Source of the DNA: Spirochaetia bacterium
Lineage (GTDB): Bacteria > Spirochaetota > Spirochaetia > CADAEX01
DNA: 64,000 nucleotides
Assembly: GCA_963662795.1 (NCBI GenBank)
Contig: OY759746.1
Span: 800,001 to 864,000 of the forward strand
Direction of reading: 5' to 3'
A program made the translations under genes and the position numbers. Below are positions 28,909 through 37,960 of this stretch, piece after piece. A model generated the notes under the pieces. It did not search any database, was not told the origin of the DNA, and saw only the letters and a list, made by a program, of their open reading frames with translations. How positions within the stretch are numbered: position 1 is the first letter of the stretch; every line of letters begins with the position of its first letter.

Positions 28909-30465
28909 ATGAAAGCAGCTGTCGTAATTCCCCCGGTAGAAGATTTTTATTTCACTCAGCGCAGATTTGCCTCTCTCGGCGCGCAGAAAGGGGTTGAAAT
29001 ACTGACAGGATCAGGCATCAATACTGTTCTTTATGATTTTACAAAAGGGCACCGGGAGCAGATAAAACTGCCCCGGAGCGTTCAGCATCTTAAGCAGTAT
29101 ATACTTGAGAATGAATCAGGCCCATGCAGTTTTTTCACTTCATACAGGCATTACGGTCCCGCAATCGCAAAGTGCGCATCAATCATGGCGGAAAGAGGAT
29201 ATGACATTGTTTTTGTCTCCTTATTCGCATACTGCTATGCAGACAGCGCTGCGGATTTCGCTTCAGCCCTTCGAAAGCTTGACCCGGCCATAAAAATCGC
29301 AGCATCAGGAGCAGGGGTCTCGGTTTTTCCTGAATATTTCAGGGAGTGTTTTGATTATATTATTCCGGGCGAAGCTGAAATTTTTGCAAAGGAACTGCAA
29401 AGTTCCCTTTTACACGGAAGCCCGGTCTCCAGTTTCAAAATAAACTTTTTTGAACAGCTTGAAGAGAGATTCGGGGCAAATTCCCGGAAAGATTTTTCAG
29501 CTGACTGCCCCCATACGGAAGAAGGTGAATTCCTCCCATCTGTTTCACTCCCGTTCAGCGGCAGGAAAAGCGTTTTTATATCGGTAATGCTTTCAAGAGG
29601 CTGCTTCAATAAATGCAGGTTCTGTTCAAATTTCATTACTCACGGCCGCAGCTTCAGAAAAGCTGATACGGAAAGCCTTGCCGGAGTTCTTTCGGGAATA
29701 GGCAGACAGATCATGCAGCATGCAGGGAAAAAAATATTTGTAAACATAGAGGATGACAACCTGCTTTACGACAGAAATTATTTTTTAAGATCGCTCAGGA
29801 TAATAAAGAATTTTTTTCTTCAGTATGCATCTGATGAGCATATCTTTTTTTCAGCGGAAAACGGACTGGATTATTCACTTCTCGATAAAGATATGTGCCA
29901 AAAACTTATCTCTGACTATAACTTCAGACAGTTTAATTTTACGCTTGCTTCTGCTGACAATGGCCTGTCGCTTTCGCAGTCAAGAGATTCAGATACAGCA
30001 AAGCTTGAGAAGCTTCTTCAATACCTTAATGAAAAAAAGATACCGGCCGTTACCTATTTTATAGCAGGACTTGCGGGCGATACTCCCGAAAAAACTGTTG
30101 AGTCCCTCCTCTTCCTGGACAGACACCCCGGCCTTTCAGGGATATCCATGTTTTACGCTGTTCCGGGGCTGCCGGATTTTTCGGACAAATCTGTATTTAA
30201 AGAGACAAGCCCCGCACTGTGCAGGGGGACTTCTGCCTGGCCATGGAACAGGTCACTTACAACCGGAGAGCTTATAACAGCGTTCAGATTATCAAGAACA
30301 ATAAATTTCCTGAAAAAAGAGGGAAATCTTACAGAGACGGAATCCGCTTTAAAAACAAGAATTCTTTCGGATAAAAAAATATACACAATAGCTGAGAGGG
30401 ATATAATTACTGAACCACCCGGACTGGCAGAAGATATGGCAGAACTTTTTTTTAATAAAAGATGA
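28909..30465 (+). CDS. Radical SAM protein with probable N-terminal B12-binding-like domain
   Basis: SRGCFNKCRFC CxxxCxxC motif, EDDN, YFIAGLAG. Confidence 0.82.
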   Translation: MKAAVVIPPVEDFYFTQRRFASLGAQKGVEILTGSGINTVLYDFTKGHREQIKLPRSVQHLKQYILENESGPCSFFTSYRHYGPAIAKCASIMAERGYDIVFVSLFAYCYADSAADFASALRKLDPAIKIAASGAGVSVFPEYFRECFDYIIPGEAEIFAKELQSSLLHGSPVSSFKINFFEQLEERFGANSRKDFSADCPHTEEGEFLPSVSLPFSGRKSVFISVMLSRGCFNKCRFCSNFITHGRSFRKADTESLAGVLSGIGRQIMQHAGKKIFVNIEDDNLLYDRNYFLRSLRIIKNFFLQYASDEHIFFSAENGLDYSLLDKDMCQKLISDYNFRQFNFTLASADNGLSLSQSRDSDTAKLEKLLQYLNEKKIPAVTYFIAGLAGDTPEKTVESLLFLDRHPGLSGISMFYAVPGLPDFSDKSVFKETSPALCRGTSAWPWNRSLTTGELITAFRLSRTINFLKKEGNLTETESALKTRILSDKKIYTIAERDIITEPPGLAEDMAELFFNKR

Positions 30466-30480
30466 TGATGCGCTTACAGA

Positions 30481-31239
30481 TCAACAAACATCGCTGTCCT
30501 GTTCCCAGGATGACCAGGCTACACTGTCAACATACCATTCAATACTTCCGGCCTGACTGCGTACCAGACTTGCAGGAAGAGACGGATCACCTTTCCCGTG
30601 TTTGCAAAGCTTTCTGACAATTTCCCTTTTATCCGCCCCTGTAACAAGAAAAATAATCCTGTCCGCATTGCAGATAACAGGCAGAGTCAGTGTAATCCTC
30701 CTTCTTCCGCTTTGGGGGCTGACCGAAACAACTGCCGCCTTTTCTTTTTCATCAAGCTGTCCGCTCATTGGAAAAAGACTTGCGGTATGACCGTCTTTTC
30801 CTACACCGAGAAAAACCAGATCGAAAACAGGAAATCCGTTCCGGAGAGGAAGGGTATCATACATTATTTTACTGTACCTCATGGCTTCTTTTTCCGGTAT
30901 CTTTTCCCCCAGTATTCTGAAAATATTTTCTTCCGGTACCCTGAGATCTGAAAACAGGATAGTATTAAGCTGGTTGAAATTGCTTTCTTCTGAATCGGGC
31001 GGCACACACCTCTCATCCACCCAGAAAAACCTGACTCCGGAGAGATTGTCTCCCCTTTTTTTTGCCTCATTTAAAAGAGCCTTAAAAAAGAAGGAAGGGG
31101 TTGACCCTCCTGAAAAAGCAGCGTTAAGCATACTTCCTGATGCCTCTTTCTGTCCCTTGATTTTAAAAAACTCTTCGGTCAATTCATCAGCAATATCGCG
31201 CCTGCTCTCATATACTTTTAAGGAAAAACTACAGTTCAC
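30481..31239 (-). CDS. pgl: 6-phosphogluconolactonase
   Basis: SGGSTP, FWVDERCVP, GVGKDGHTASLFP, RITLT; GTG start at 31239 overlaps the zwf stop. Confidence 0.92.
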   Translation of the reverse strand: MNCSFSLKVYESRRDIADELTEEFFKIKGQKEASGSMLNAAFSGGSTPSFFFKALLNEAKKRGDNLSGVRFFWVDERCVPPDSEESNFNQLNTILFSDLRVPEENIFRILGEKIPEKEAMRYSKIMYDTLPLRNGFPVFDLVFLGVGKDGHTASLFPMSGQLDEKEKAAVVSVSPQSGRRRITLTLPVICNADRIIFLVTGADKREIVRKLCKHGKGDPSLPASLVRSQAGSIEWYVDSVAWSSWEQDSDVC

Positions 31240-32794
31240 AGTAATTACCTGCTTCGGTAAGATTTTTACAGGGGCTTCTCCACCCCTTTCCTGATTCACT
31301 GATAAAGGTATCTGCTTCAGCCGGTCCCCATGTCCCGGCAGGGTATCCATAAATTATAACACGGCTGTCATTATCCCTGCAGGAAATAAACGGGTCGATA
31401 AATTTCCAGCATTCTTCAACACTGTCGGCCCTTGTAAAAAGTGTTGAATCCCCGGTCATTACATCATATAAAAGTCTTTCATAGGCATCAGGTATTTTGA
31501 ATTCCCCTAAATCAGAGTATTTAAAATCCATGTCCCGGTTTGTTATCTCGAAACCGCTTCCCGGCTGCTTCATTCCGAAGGTAAGAAGCACTCCTTCATC
31601 AGGCTGAATCCGCAGAATCAGTTTGTTCTGGCAGCAGCTGTCACCTTTTCCTTTAAACAGTTTATGGGGCGTCTCCCTGAAATGGACAACAATCTCGGTT
31701 ACACGGGTCGGAAGCCTTTTCCCTGTTCTCAAATAAATAGGAACACCGCCCCATCTCCAGTTATCGATAAATATCCGCAGCGCGGCATAGGTTTCTGTTC
31801 TTGAATCAGGTTTTACATCTTTCTCATTCCTGTATCCGGGGACAGATTCGCCCCTGATTGTGGAATCAACATACTGCCCCAGTATCATGTTGCCTATAAT
31901 TTCATCGGGACTGTATCTGCGCAGAGCCTGGAAGATCTTCAGCGTTTCTGTCCTCACGGCATCAGGAGTAAAAAAGGGAGGAGGCTCCATTGCAGCAACT
32001 GCCGCAAGCTGAAGGAGGTGATTCTGTACCATATCGCGCATGGCTCCCGCTGAATCATAATAACTTCCCCGTGATTCAATCCCGATTGATTCGGAGGCGG
32101 TAATTTCCAGATGGCTTATATAATTTCTGTTCCAGAGAGGTTCAAATATTCCGTTTGCGAAGCGGAAAGCCATTATATTCTGGACAGTTTCCTTTCCAAG
32201 ATAATGATCAATCCTGTATACCTGCTTTTCAGAAAAATAAGTATGTATAAACTTATTCAGTTCAAGCGCTGATTTCCAGGAATTGCCGAACGGTTTTTCA
32301 ACGACAATCCTTTTCCAGCCCCGTCCTGCAGCTTCAGGAATACTGCCCTCTTCAGGATTGCTATCCACTTCAGGATTGCTATCCACTTCAGGATTGCTAT
32401 CCACTTCAGGATTGCCATCCGCTTCAGTGTTAAGCCCGGTTTCTCCTATCCCCTCAATAATGCTCCTGTGCATGGAGGGAGGGACAGCCAGATAGAAAAC
32501 AATATTCCCTCCTGAGGCGTATTCAAGGTCAAGTTTGTCTATCCTGTTTTTCAGTTTTATATAGTCGCCGGGATCGGTTGTATTGATCTGCTGGTAGAAA
32601 AACCTCTCTTTCAGCAGTACAGGAATTTCCTTCCTGAATTCCACGTCCGGGTGGTATTTTCTGCCGACTCCCAGGAAAATGGTATCCCGGGATACAAGAT
32701 TTTTTTCTACAAGCTCTTCAAGCGCGGGATAAAGCTTCCGCCTTGCGAGGTCCCCGGTTGCACCGAAGATTACGATAATTGAATTCTCAGTCAT
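31229..32794 (-). CDS. zwf: Glucose-6-phosphate 1-dehydrogenase
   Basis: GATGDLA, EKPFG, RIDHYLGKE, DMVQNH. Confidence 0.97.
   Translation of the reverse strand: MTENSIIVIFGATGDLARRKLYPALEELVEKNLVSRDTIFLGVGRKYHPDVEFRKEIPVLLKERFFYQQINTTDPGDYIKLKNRIDKLDLEYASGGNIVFYLAVPPSMHRSIIEGIGETGLNTEADGNPEVDSNPEVDSNPEVDSNPEEGSIPEAAGRGWKRIVVEKPFGNSWKSALELNKFIHTYFSEKQVYRIDHYLGKETVQNIMAFRFANGIFEPLWNRNYISHLEITASESIGIESRGSYYDSAGAMRDMVQNHLLQLAAVAAMEPPPFFTPDAVRTETLKIFQALRRYSPDEIIGNMILGQYVDSTIRGESVPGYRNEKDVKPDSRTETYAALRIFIDNWRWGGVPIYLRTGKRLPTRVTEIVVHFRETPHKLFKGKGDSCCQNKLILRIQPDEGVLLTFGMKQPGSGFEITNRDMDFKYSDLGEFKIPDAYERLLYDVMTGDSTLFTRADSVEECWKFIDPFISCRDNDSRVIIYGYPAGTWGPAEADTFISESGKGWRSPCKNLTEAGNYCEL
32332..32427. 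repeat. In-frame 18-bp tandem repeat in zwf
   Basis: cttcaggattgctatcca x3 exact plus 2 degenerate flanking copies; encodes (EVDSNP)n. Confidence 0.95.
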
Positions 32795-32852
32795 TTACTA
32801 CTTCCCGTATTCCGCATGGTGATACAAAATTAAACTTTTGATATACTTCCGT

Positions 32853-33557
32853 ATGCTGCGATATATTAATAATATAACCACACGAACAGATTATAGCACA
32901 ATTTTTTCAGCTCTTGGCTATAAAAGAAAATCAACAGAACTTCCGGATTCATTCAAAAAAGAGATTAAAGGGTGGATAGATGAAGCTTCTCAGGCAGTTA
33001 AGCTTGACGCTGTTACAGCCAGGTGTGAAATATCGTTTCCTGATGATAAGTCAGTTCTTGTTTCGCATGAGGGCAACCCTCCTTTAGGATATAATCCTTT
33101 AGGATATAATCCTTTAGGATATAATCCTTTAGGAAATAATCCTGAAGGGAAACAGCCTGAAACCATACGGATTGAAAGCGCTTCGCTGCGCAAATTCCTT
33201 TCCTCTTCTTCCAAAGCGCTGATTATGGGGATAACGGCCGGCAGCGCCGTCACTGAACTGATAGATAAATACCAGAGAGAAAACATGACTAAAGCTGTAG
33301 TCCTTGACGCCGCGGCAGGAGAGATTGTCGATACAGGTCTTGATTATATTGTTTCACTTTTAAACAGGGAGCTTTTAAGGGAATCGGGCAGGCTCCTGTC
33401 AAAAAGATTTTCACCCGGGTATGGCGACCTGACGCTGAATGCGCAGGGAGAATTTTTCAGGCTGCTTGATATGGAAAAACTTGAGGTAAGCCTTACAGAA
33501 AGCTTTATTCTAAATCCGCGGAAATCAGTGATTGCAATAACGGGGATTGTTTATTAA
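32853..33557 (+). CDS. Stand-alone methionine synthase reactivation-domain protein
   Basis: RFSPGYGDL, LNPRKSVIAITG; directly upstream of metH core. Confidence 0.85.
   Translation: MLRYINNITTRTDYSTIFSALGYKRKSTELPDSFKKEIKGWIDEASQAVKLDAVTARCEISFPDDKSVLVSHEGNPPLGYNPLGYNPLGYNPLGNNPEGKQPETIRIESASLRKFLSSSSKALIMGITAGSAVTELIDKYQRENMTKAVVLDAAAGEIVDTGLDYIVSLLNRELLRESGRLLSKRFSPGYGDLTLNAQGEFFRLLDMEKLEVSLTESFILNPRKSVIAITGIVY
33081..33143. repeat. In-frame 15-bp tandem repeat
   Basis: cctttaggatataat x3 plus cctttaggaaataat; encodes (PLGYN)3 PLGNN. Confidence 0.95.
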
Positions 33558-33578
33558 CATCTCTCTTAAGGATAAAAC

Positions 33579-36011
33579 ATGACAGAAAAAAAACACATTT
33601 CAGACATGCTCTCTGATAAAATCATTGTACTTGACGGTGCGACAGGGACAGAACTTCAGAAAAGAGGGATGCCTGCAGGGGTATGCCCTGAATTATGGGC
33701 CATTGAAAACCGTGAAATACAGAAGTCTATATATAAAAGCTATGCCGATGCAGGTTCAGGTATTATTTATACCTGCACTTTCGGAGCGAATCAGCTTAAG
33801 CTGCAGCAGTATGGAAGGGATGATGTTGAAAAGGTAAACAGGACACTGGCGGAAATGGCAAAGGAAGCAGCGGGAGGCAAAACGCTTGTTGCAGGCGACA
33901 TCGGCCCGTGCGGCCATTTCATAAGCCCGTTCGGCGATATTGATTTCGATGATGCTGTCAAAATGTTTAAAAGGCAGGTACGGGGGCTTCTCGACGGAGG
34001 CGCCGACCTTTTTGTTATTGAGACGCAGATGGATATACAGGAGGCACGGGCAGCCCTGATTGCGGTAAAAGAGATTACCGATGCATTTACTATTGTTACC
34101 ATGACATACGAGCCGGACGGGAGAACCCTTAACGGCACAACGCCTGAGGCAGCACTTGTAACACTTCAGAGCCTCGGGGCTGATGCCGCAGGCTGCAACT
34201 GTTCGACCGGACCTGAGGAGATGCTGAATCTTGTAAAACGGCTCAAGGGGATTTCAAGGGTTCCCATTGTCGCAAAACCCAACGCCGGAATGCCGAGGAT
34301 TGAGAACGGAAAAACTGTATTCCCGATGGGGCCTTCCGATTTCGCTTCCTTCGCACTTTCTTTCGCAGAAGCGGGAGTCAATATGATGGGGGGGTGCTGC
34401 GGAACAACACCTGACCATATAAAACTTTTAGCGGATGAAATCTCAAAATATAAACCGCTTCCCGCAGCAGAAAACAATCTGGTTATGCTTTCAAGTCCGA
34501 CAGAAGCTCTTGTATCACAACATGGCAGTTCTCTTCAAATAATCGGGGAAAGGATAAATCCTACAGGCAAGAAAAAGCTGCAGGGAGAGCTTCTGGAGGG
34601 AAAACTCTCTATTGTAAGGGCAATGGCATCCCGGCAGCAGGAAAGCGGGGCACAGCTTCTCGACATAAACGCCGGAATGCCGGGCATTGATGAGAAAGAG
34701 ACTGTAATTAAAATCATAAACATGCTCGCTCCTGTATGCCGCCTTCCTCTTGTAATTGACTCATCCTCGCCTGATGTTGTTGAGGCTGCCCTGCGGATTT
34801 ACCCGGGAAGGGCGCTCATCAATTCAATTTCAGGTGAAAAAAGCAAAATGGAAAAACTCCTGCCGCTTGCAGCGAAATACGGGGCAATGTTTATTCTCCT
34901 GCCGGTTGCAGACAACGAACTGCCCTCCTCTCACAAAAGGAGGGGAGAAATCGCTGGAACTGTTTATGAAAGCGCTAAAAAACTGGGATTTACCAAAAAC
35001 GACATAATAGTTGACGCCCTTGTAATGACAGTGTCTTCAAGCCCTGAAGCTGCCCTCGAGACGCTTAAAACCATAAGGTGGGCATCTGAAAACGGCTTTT
35101 CATCGGTAATAGGACTTTCCAACGTCTCATTCGGACTTCCGCAGAGGGTTATAGTCAATTCATCATTTCTATCTATGGCAGCAGTCTCAGGTCTTACCCA
35201 TGCAATAGCAAATCCTGATGAAACAGCCCTTATGTGGGCAAAACACGCGTCCGCACTGCTTATGGGAAAGGATAAGGATGCATCGGCGTTTCTGGAATTT
35301 GCTTCTGTCCACAGCGAAACCCCGACAGGTCCTAAAACAGCTGAAATGAAAAAAAATTCTTCACGGCCGGCAGAAACTGACGTATCATCTGATACGATAA
35401 GCGAAGGTATTATTTCAGGTGTAAGGGAAGATATTGTAATTCCCTTAAACTGGGCACTTGAAAAAGGGGGGGACCCGGCGAAAATTCTTGAAACAATAAT
35501 GATTCCCGCCATCCTCCATGTCGGAGAACTTTACGACAGCAGAAAATATTTTCTTCCCCAGCTTATAGCAAGCGCAGAAACAATGAAAAAGGGGTTTGAG
35601 ATACTTGAGCCTCTTCTGGGGGAAAACGGCAGAAAATCATGTGGAAAAATACTTTTTGCGACAGTTGAGGGAGATATTCACGACATCGGGAAAAACATAG
35701 TAGTGCTGATGATGCGCAATTACGGTTTTGATGTTATGGATCTCGGGAAAGATGTGGCAACCGATAGAATAATAAATGCCGCTAAGGAGTTTAAGCCTGA
35801 TATTATCGCCCTTTCGGCGCTGATGACAACGACAATGGTTAAAATGCCGGAAATTATCGCCCGAGCGGAAGCTGAAAACATCAAAGTTCCGTTTATGGCA
35901 GGGGGAGCTGTTGTAACCCGGGAATGGTCCGGATCTATCGGCGCCCATTATTCAAAAGACGGGGTAGAAGCTGTAAGAGTTGCATCTTCTCTTATGGTCA
36001 GTAATGTTTAG
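33579..36011 (+). CDS. metH: B12-dependent methionine synthase core (Hcy-binding, pterin-binding, cobalamin-binding; no C-terminal activation domain)
   Basis: LDGATGT, GCNC, GGCCGTTP, IGERINPTGKK, GDIHDIGKN, LSALMTTT. Confidence 0.93.
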   Translation: MTEKKHISDMLSDKIIVLDGATGTELQKRGMPAGVCPELWAIENREIQKSIYKSYADAGSGIIYTCTFGANQLKLQQYGRDDVEKVNRTLAEMAKEAAGGKTLVAGDIGPCGHFISPFGDIDFDDAVKMFKRQVRGLLDGGADLFVIETQMDIQEARAALIAVKEITDAFTIVTMTYEPDGRTLNGTTPEAALVTLQSLGADAAGCNCSTGPEEMLNLVKRLKGISRVPIVAKPNAGMPRIENGKTVFPMGPSDFASFALSFAEAGVNMMGGCCGTTPDHIKLLADEISKYKPLPAAENNLVMLSSPTEALVSQHGSSLQIIGERINPTGKKKLQGELLEGKLSIVRAMASRQQESGAQLLDINAGMPGIDEKETVIKIINMLAPVCRLPLVIDSSSPDVVEAALRIYPGRALINSISGEKSKMEKLLPLAAKYGAMFILLPVADNELPSSHKRRGEIAGTVYESAKKLGFTKNDIIVDALVMTVSSSPEAALETLKTIRWASENGFSSVIGLSNVSFGLPQRVIVNSSFLSMAAVSGLTHAIANPDETALMWAKHASALLMGKDKDASAFLEFASVHSETPTGPKTAEMKKNSSRPAETDVSSDTISEGIISGVREDIVIPLNWALEKGGDPAKILETIMIPAILHVGELYDSRKYFLPQLIASAETMKKGFEILEPLLGENGRKSCGKILFATVEGDIHDIGKNIVVLMMRNYGFDVMDLGKDVATDRIINAAKEFKPDIIALSALMTTTMVKMPEIIARAEAENIKVPFMAGGAVVTREWSGSIGAHYSKDGVEAVRVASSLMVSNV

Positions 36012-36014
36012 TTT

Positions 36015-37718
36015 TTAAACTTCCCCTCCACTCTGGGGATCTTCATTCTTTTCAAACATCTTAAGGTTCTGGTACAGATACCTTTTTATTTTTTTTGTAG
36101 GGGTTTTTTCAAACGGGTTTTTCTGCTCAAGCATTAATCCGATTTTTGAAAAATTATTAAGCTGGGCGTTGACGCTTTTTTTAATTTCCGCCAGATGATG
36201 AGAAAAGTAGTCCTGAAGCTGTCTTCCGCTTTCTGCTGCATCTTCCTTCAAGTCCTCGAATTTGTTTTTCAGATCTTCATAGTTAAGCTGAACAAGCGCA
36301 ACAAGCATTCCCTTGTCCTCAACAACAACAGAATCCTCCACAAATGCGCAGCTGTTGATTACGCTTTCAATAGATTCAGGATAGATATTCTCACCGCTCG
36401 GCCCCAGAATCATGTTTTTAATTCTTCCCTTGATATAAAGATAGCCGTCTTCTCCGAAAGAACCGAGATCCCCTGTTCTGAACCATCCATCTTCAGTAAA
36501 CACTTCACTGGTCAGTTTTTCGTCCCTGTAATAGCCTTTCATTACATTCGGCCCCTTTACAAGTATTTCTCCGGAATCCCCTTCTCCGGCAGATTTATCC
36601 AGTTTTACCTCAACACCGGCAAGCAGTCGGCCTGTGGATCTGTACCGGGTACAGACTGCGTTATCACCGGCGATCAGAGGAGATGTTTCTGTTAATCCGT
36701 AGCCTATTGCATAGGGGAAATGAGCTTCCCTGAGGAATTTCTCAACATCAGGGGCAAGAGGTGCTCCTCCCACACCGAAAAAGTATATCCTTCCGCCGAA
36801 CAACTTTTTAAGCTTTATTCCCGCAATCCGGTTAAGTATCCGCCTGAAGAAAGGAATTGCGTAGAGTTTTGCAGTAATTTTTTTTTCAGTGAATGTCTTG
36901 TATATCTTCTGTCTGTAGATTTTTTCAATTAAAAGAGGAACAGAGAGCATTACGCCCGGTTTTATCTTCTTAAGCGCGGGAAGAAGAACATTAGGGACAG
37001 GCGGTCTTCCGAGGTAATAAATAGCCGCTCCTACAGAAAACGGAACAAGCATGCCGATTGTACACTCGTAGGAATGGGAAAGGGGAAGAATTGAGACAAA
37101 TCTTTCCTGTTCAAACATTTCAGGAATTGCGCTTGAAGTTATTGCGTTGGACAGGATGTTTTTATGCGTAAGCATCACACCTTTGGAGTTACCTGTAGTC
37201 CCTGATGTATATATGATTGATGCAACATCATCCTCGTTATGTTCAACATCCTTAAGGTTTATCGTATGGCCGGAAACTACCGGCTGCGGAAATTCAAGCG
37301 TTTCCATCATAACAGAAGTAAGCCCTTCGCTGCATAATTTTGAAACTTTCGGGTAAAGCTTTTCAGAAACAAATATAAGAGCGCACCCGGCATGTTTTAT
37401 GATATTTTCAATTTCTGTATCTTTAAAATCAGGCAGAACAGGGACAGCAGCGGCTCCTGACAGGGCAATTGCAAAATAGGAAACAACCCAGTTGGGCATG
37501 TTTTCTCCGAGGATTGCAACTTTACTCCCTTTACCCATACCGGCCGCCAGAAGGTTTTCTGCTGTTCTTTCAGTCATTTTTTCAACTTCACTGTAAGTCA
37601 AAGGCTCTGAATCAATTAATGCAAGGGCCGCCTGGTCTCCATATCTTTTTGAAGCGCTTCTCAGAAACGCTTCCAGTGTCATCCTGTCGAGTTTCATTAT
37701 TTGTGCTTTTTTTGCCAC
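36015..37718 (-). CDS. Long-chain fatty acid-CoA ligase (AMP-binding family)
   Basis: YTSGTTGNSKG, GYGLTET, TGDLG, GENIYPE. Confidence 0.9.
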   Translation of the reverse strand: MAKKAQIMKLDRMTLEAFLRSASKRYGDQAALALIDSEPLTYSEVEKMTERTAENLLAAGMGKGSKVAILGENMPNWVVSYFAIALSGAAAVPVLPDFKDTEIENIIKHAGCALIFVSEKLYPKVSKLCSEGLTSVMMETLEFPQPVVSGHTINLKDVEHNEDDVASIIYTSGTTGNSKGVMLTHKNILSNAITSSAIPEMFEQERFVSILPLSHSYECTIGMLVPFSVGAAIYYLGRPPVPNVLLPALKKIKPGVMLSVPLLIEKIYRQKIYKTFTEKKITAKLYAIPFFRRILNRIAGIKLKKLFGGRIYFFGVGGAPLAPDVEKFLREAHFPYAIGYGLTETSPLIAGDNAVCTRYRSTGRLLAGVEVKLDKSAGEGDSGEILVKGPNVMKGYYRDEKLTSEVFTEDGWFRTGDLGSFGEDGYLYIKGRIKNMILGPSGENIYPESIESVINSCAFVEDSVVVEDKGMLVALVQLNYEDLKNKFEDLKEDAAESGRQLQDYFSHHLAEIKKSVNAQLNNFSKIGLMLEQKNPFEKTPTKKIKRYLYQNLKMFEKNEDPQSGGEV

Positions 37719-37960
37719 AGCATCACCGCCTTCTTGATTACATTAAACAGGCCGGATTGGAACCGGCCTGACTTGAACTGAATAATAACCCTGTTTTATT
37801 GGAATCTCAAGATTTATTCTTATCTGTATATCAACATTACCTTTTAATTATAATACTTGCCGTAAGTGCAGAAATGTAAAACTATTGTAAAACTTTCAGG
37901 CAGCACCGGCAAACCAGACTGTTTTCCTGCATCGCGGGAAGAGCTTCTGCATAAAAGTCT

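Noticed and set aside
31240-31350. Long N-terminal extension of pgl overlapping zwf
   Set aside because: ORF-caller extension; GTG at 31239 gives a normal-length Pgl with a short overlap
32332-33143. Tandem repeats as CRISPR arrays
   Set aside because: No spacers, units of 15-18 bp in frame within CDSs, and no cas genes
33579-36011. metH as a truncated pseudogene
   Set aside because: The activation domain is encoded separately upstream, a known split architecture (e.g. Thermotoga)
37860-37955. Cobalamin or other riboswitch in the gap between the ferredoxin gene and the acyl-CoA ligase
   Set aside because: Only short, weak inverted repeats; no B12-box or other recognisable consensus
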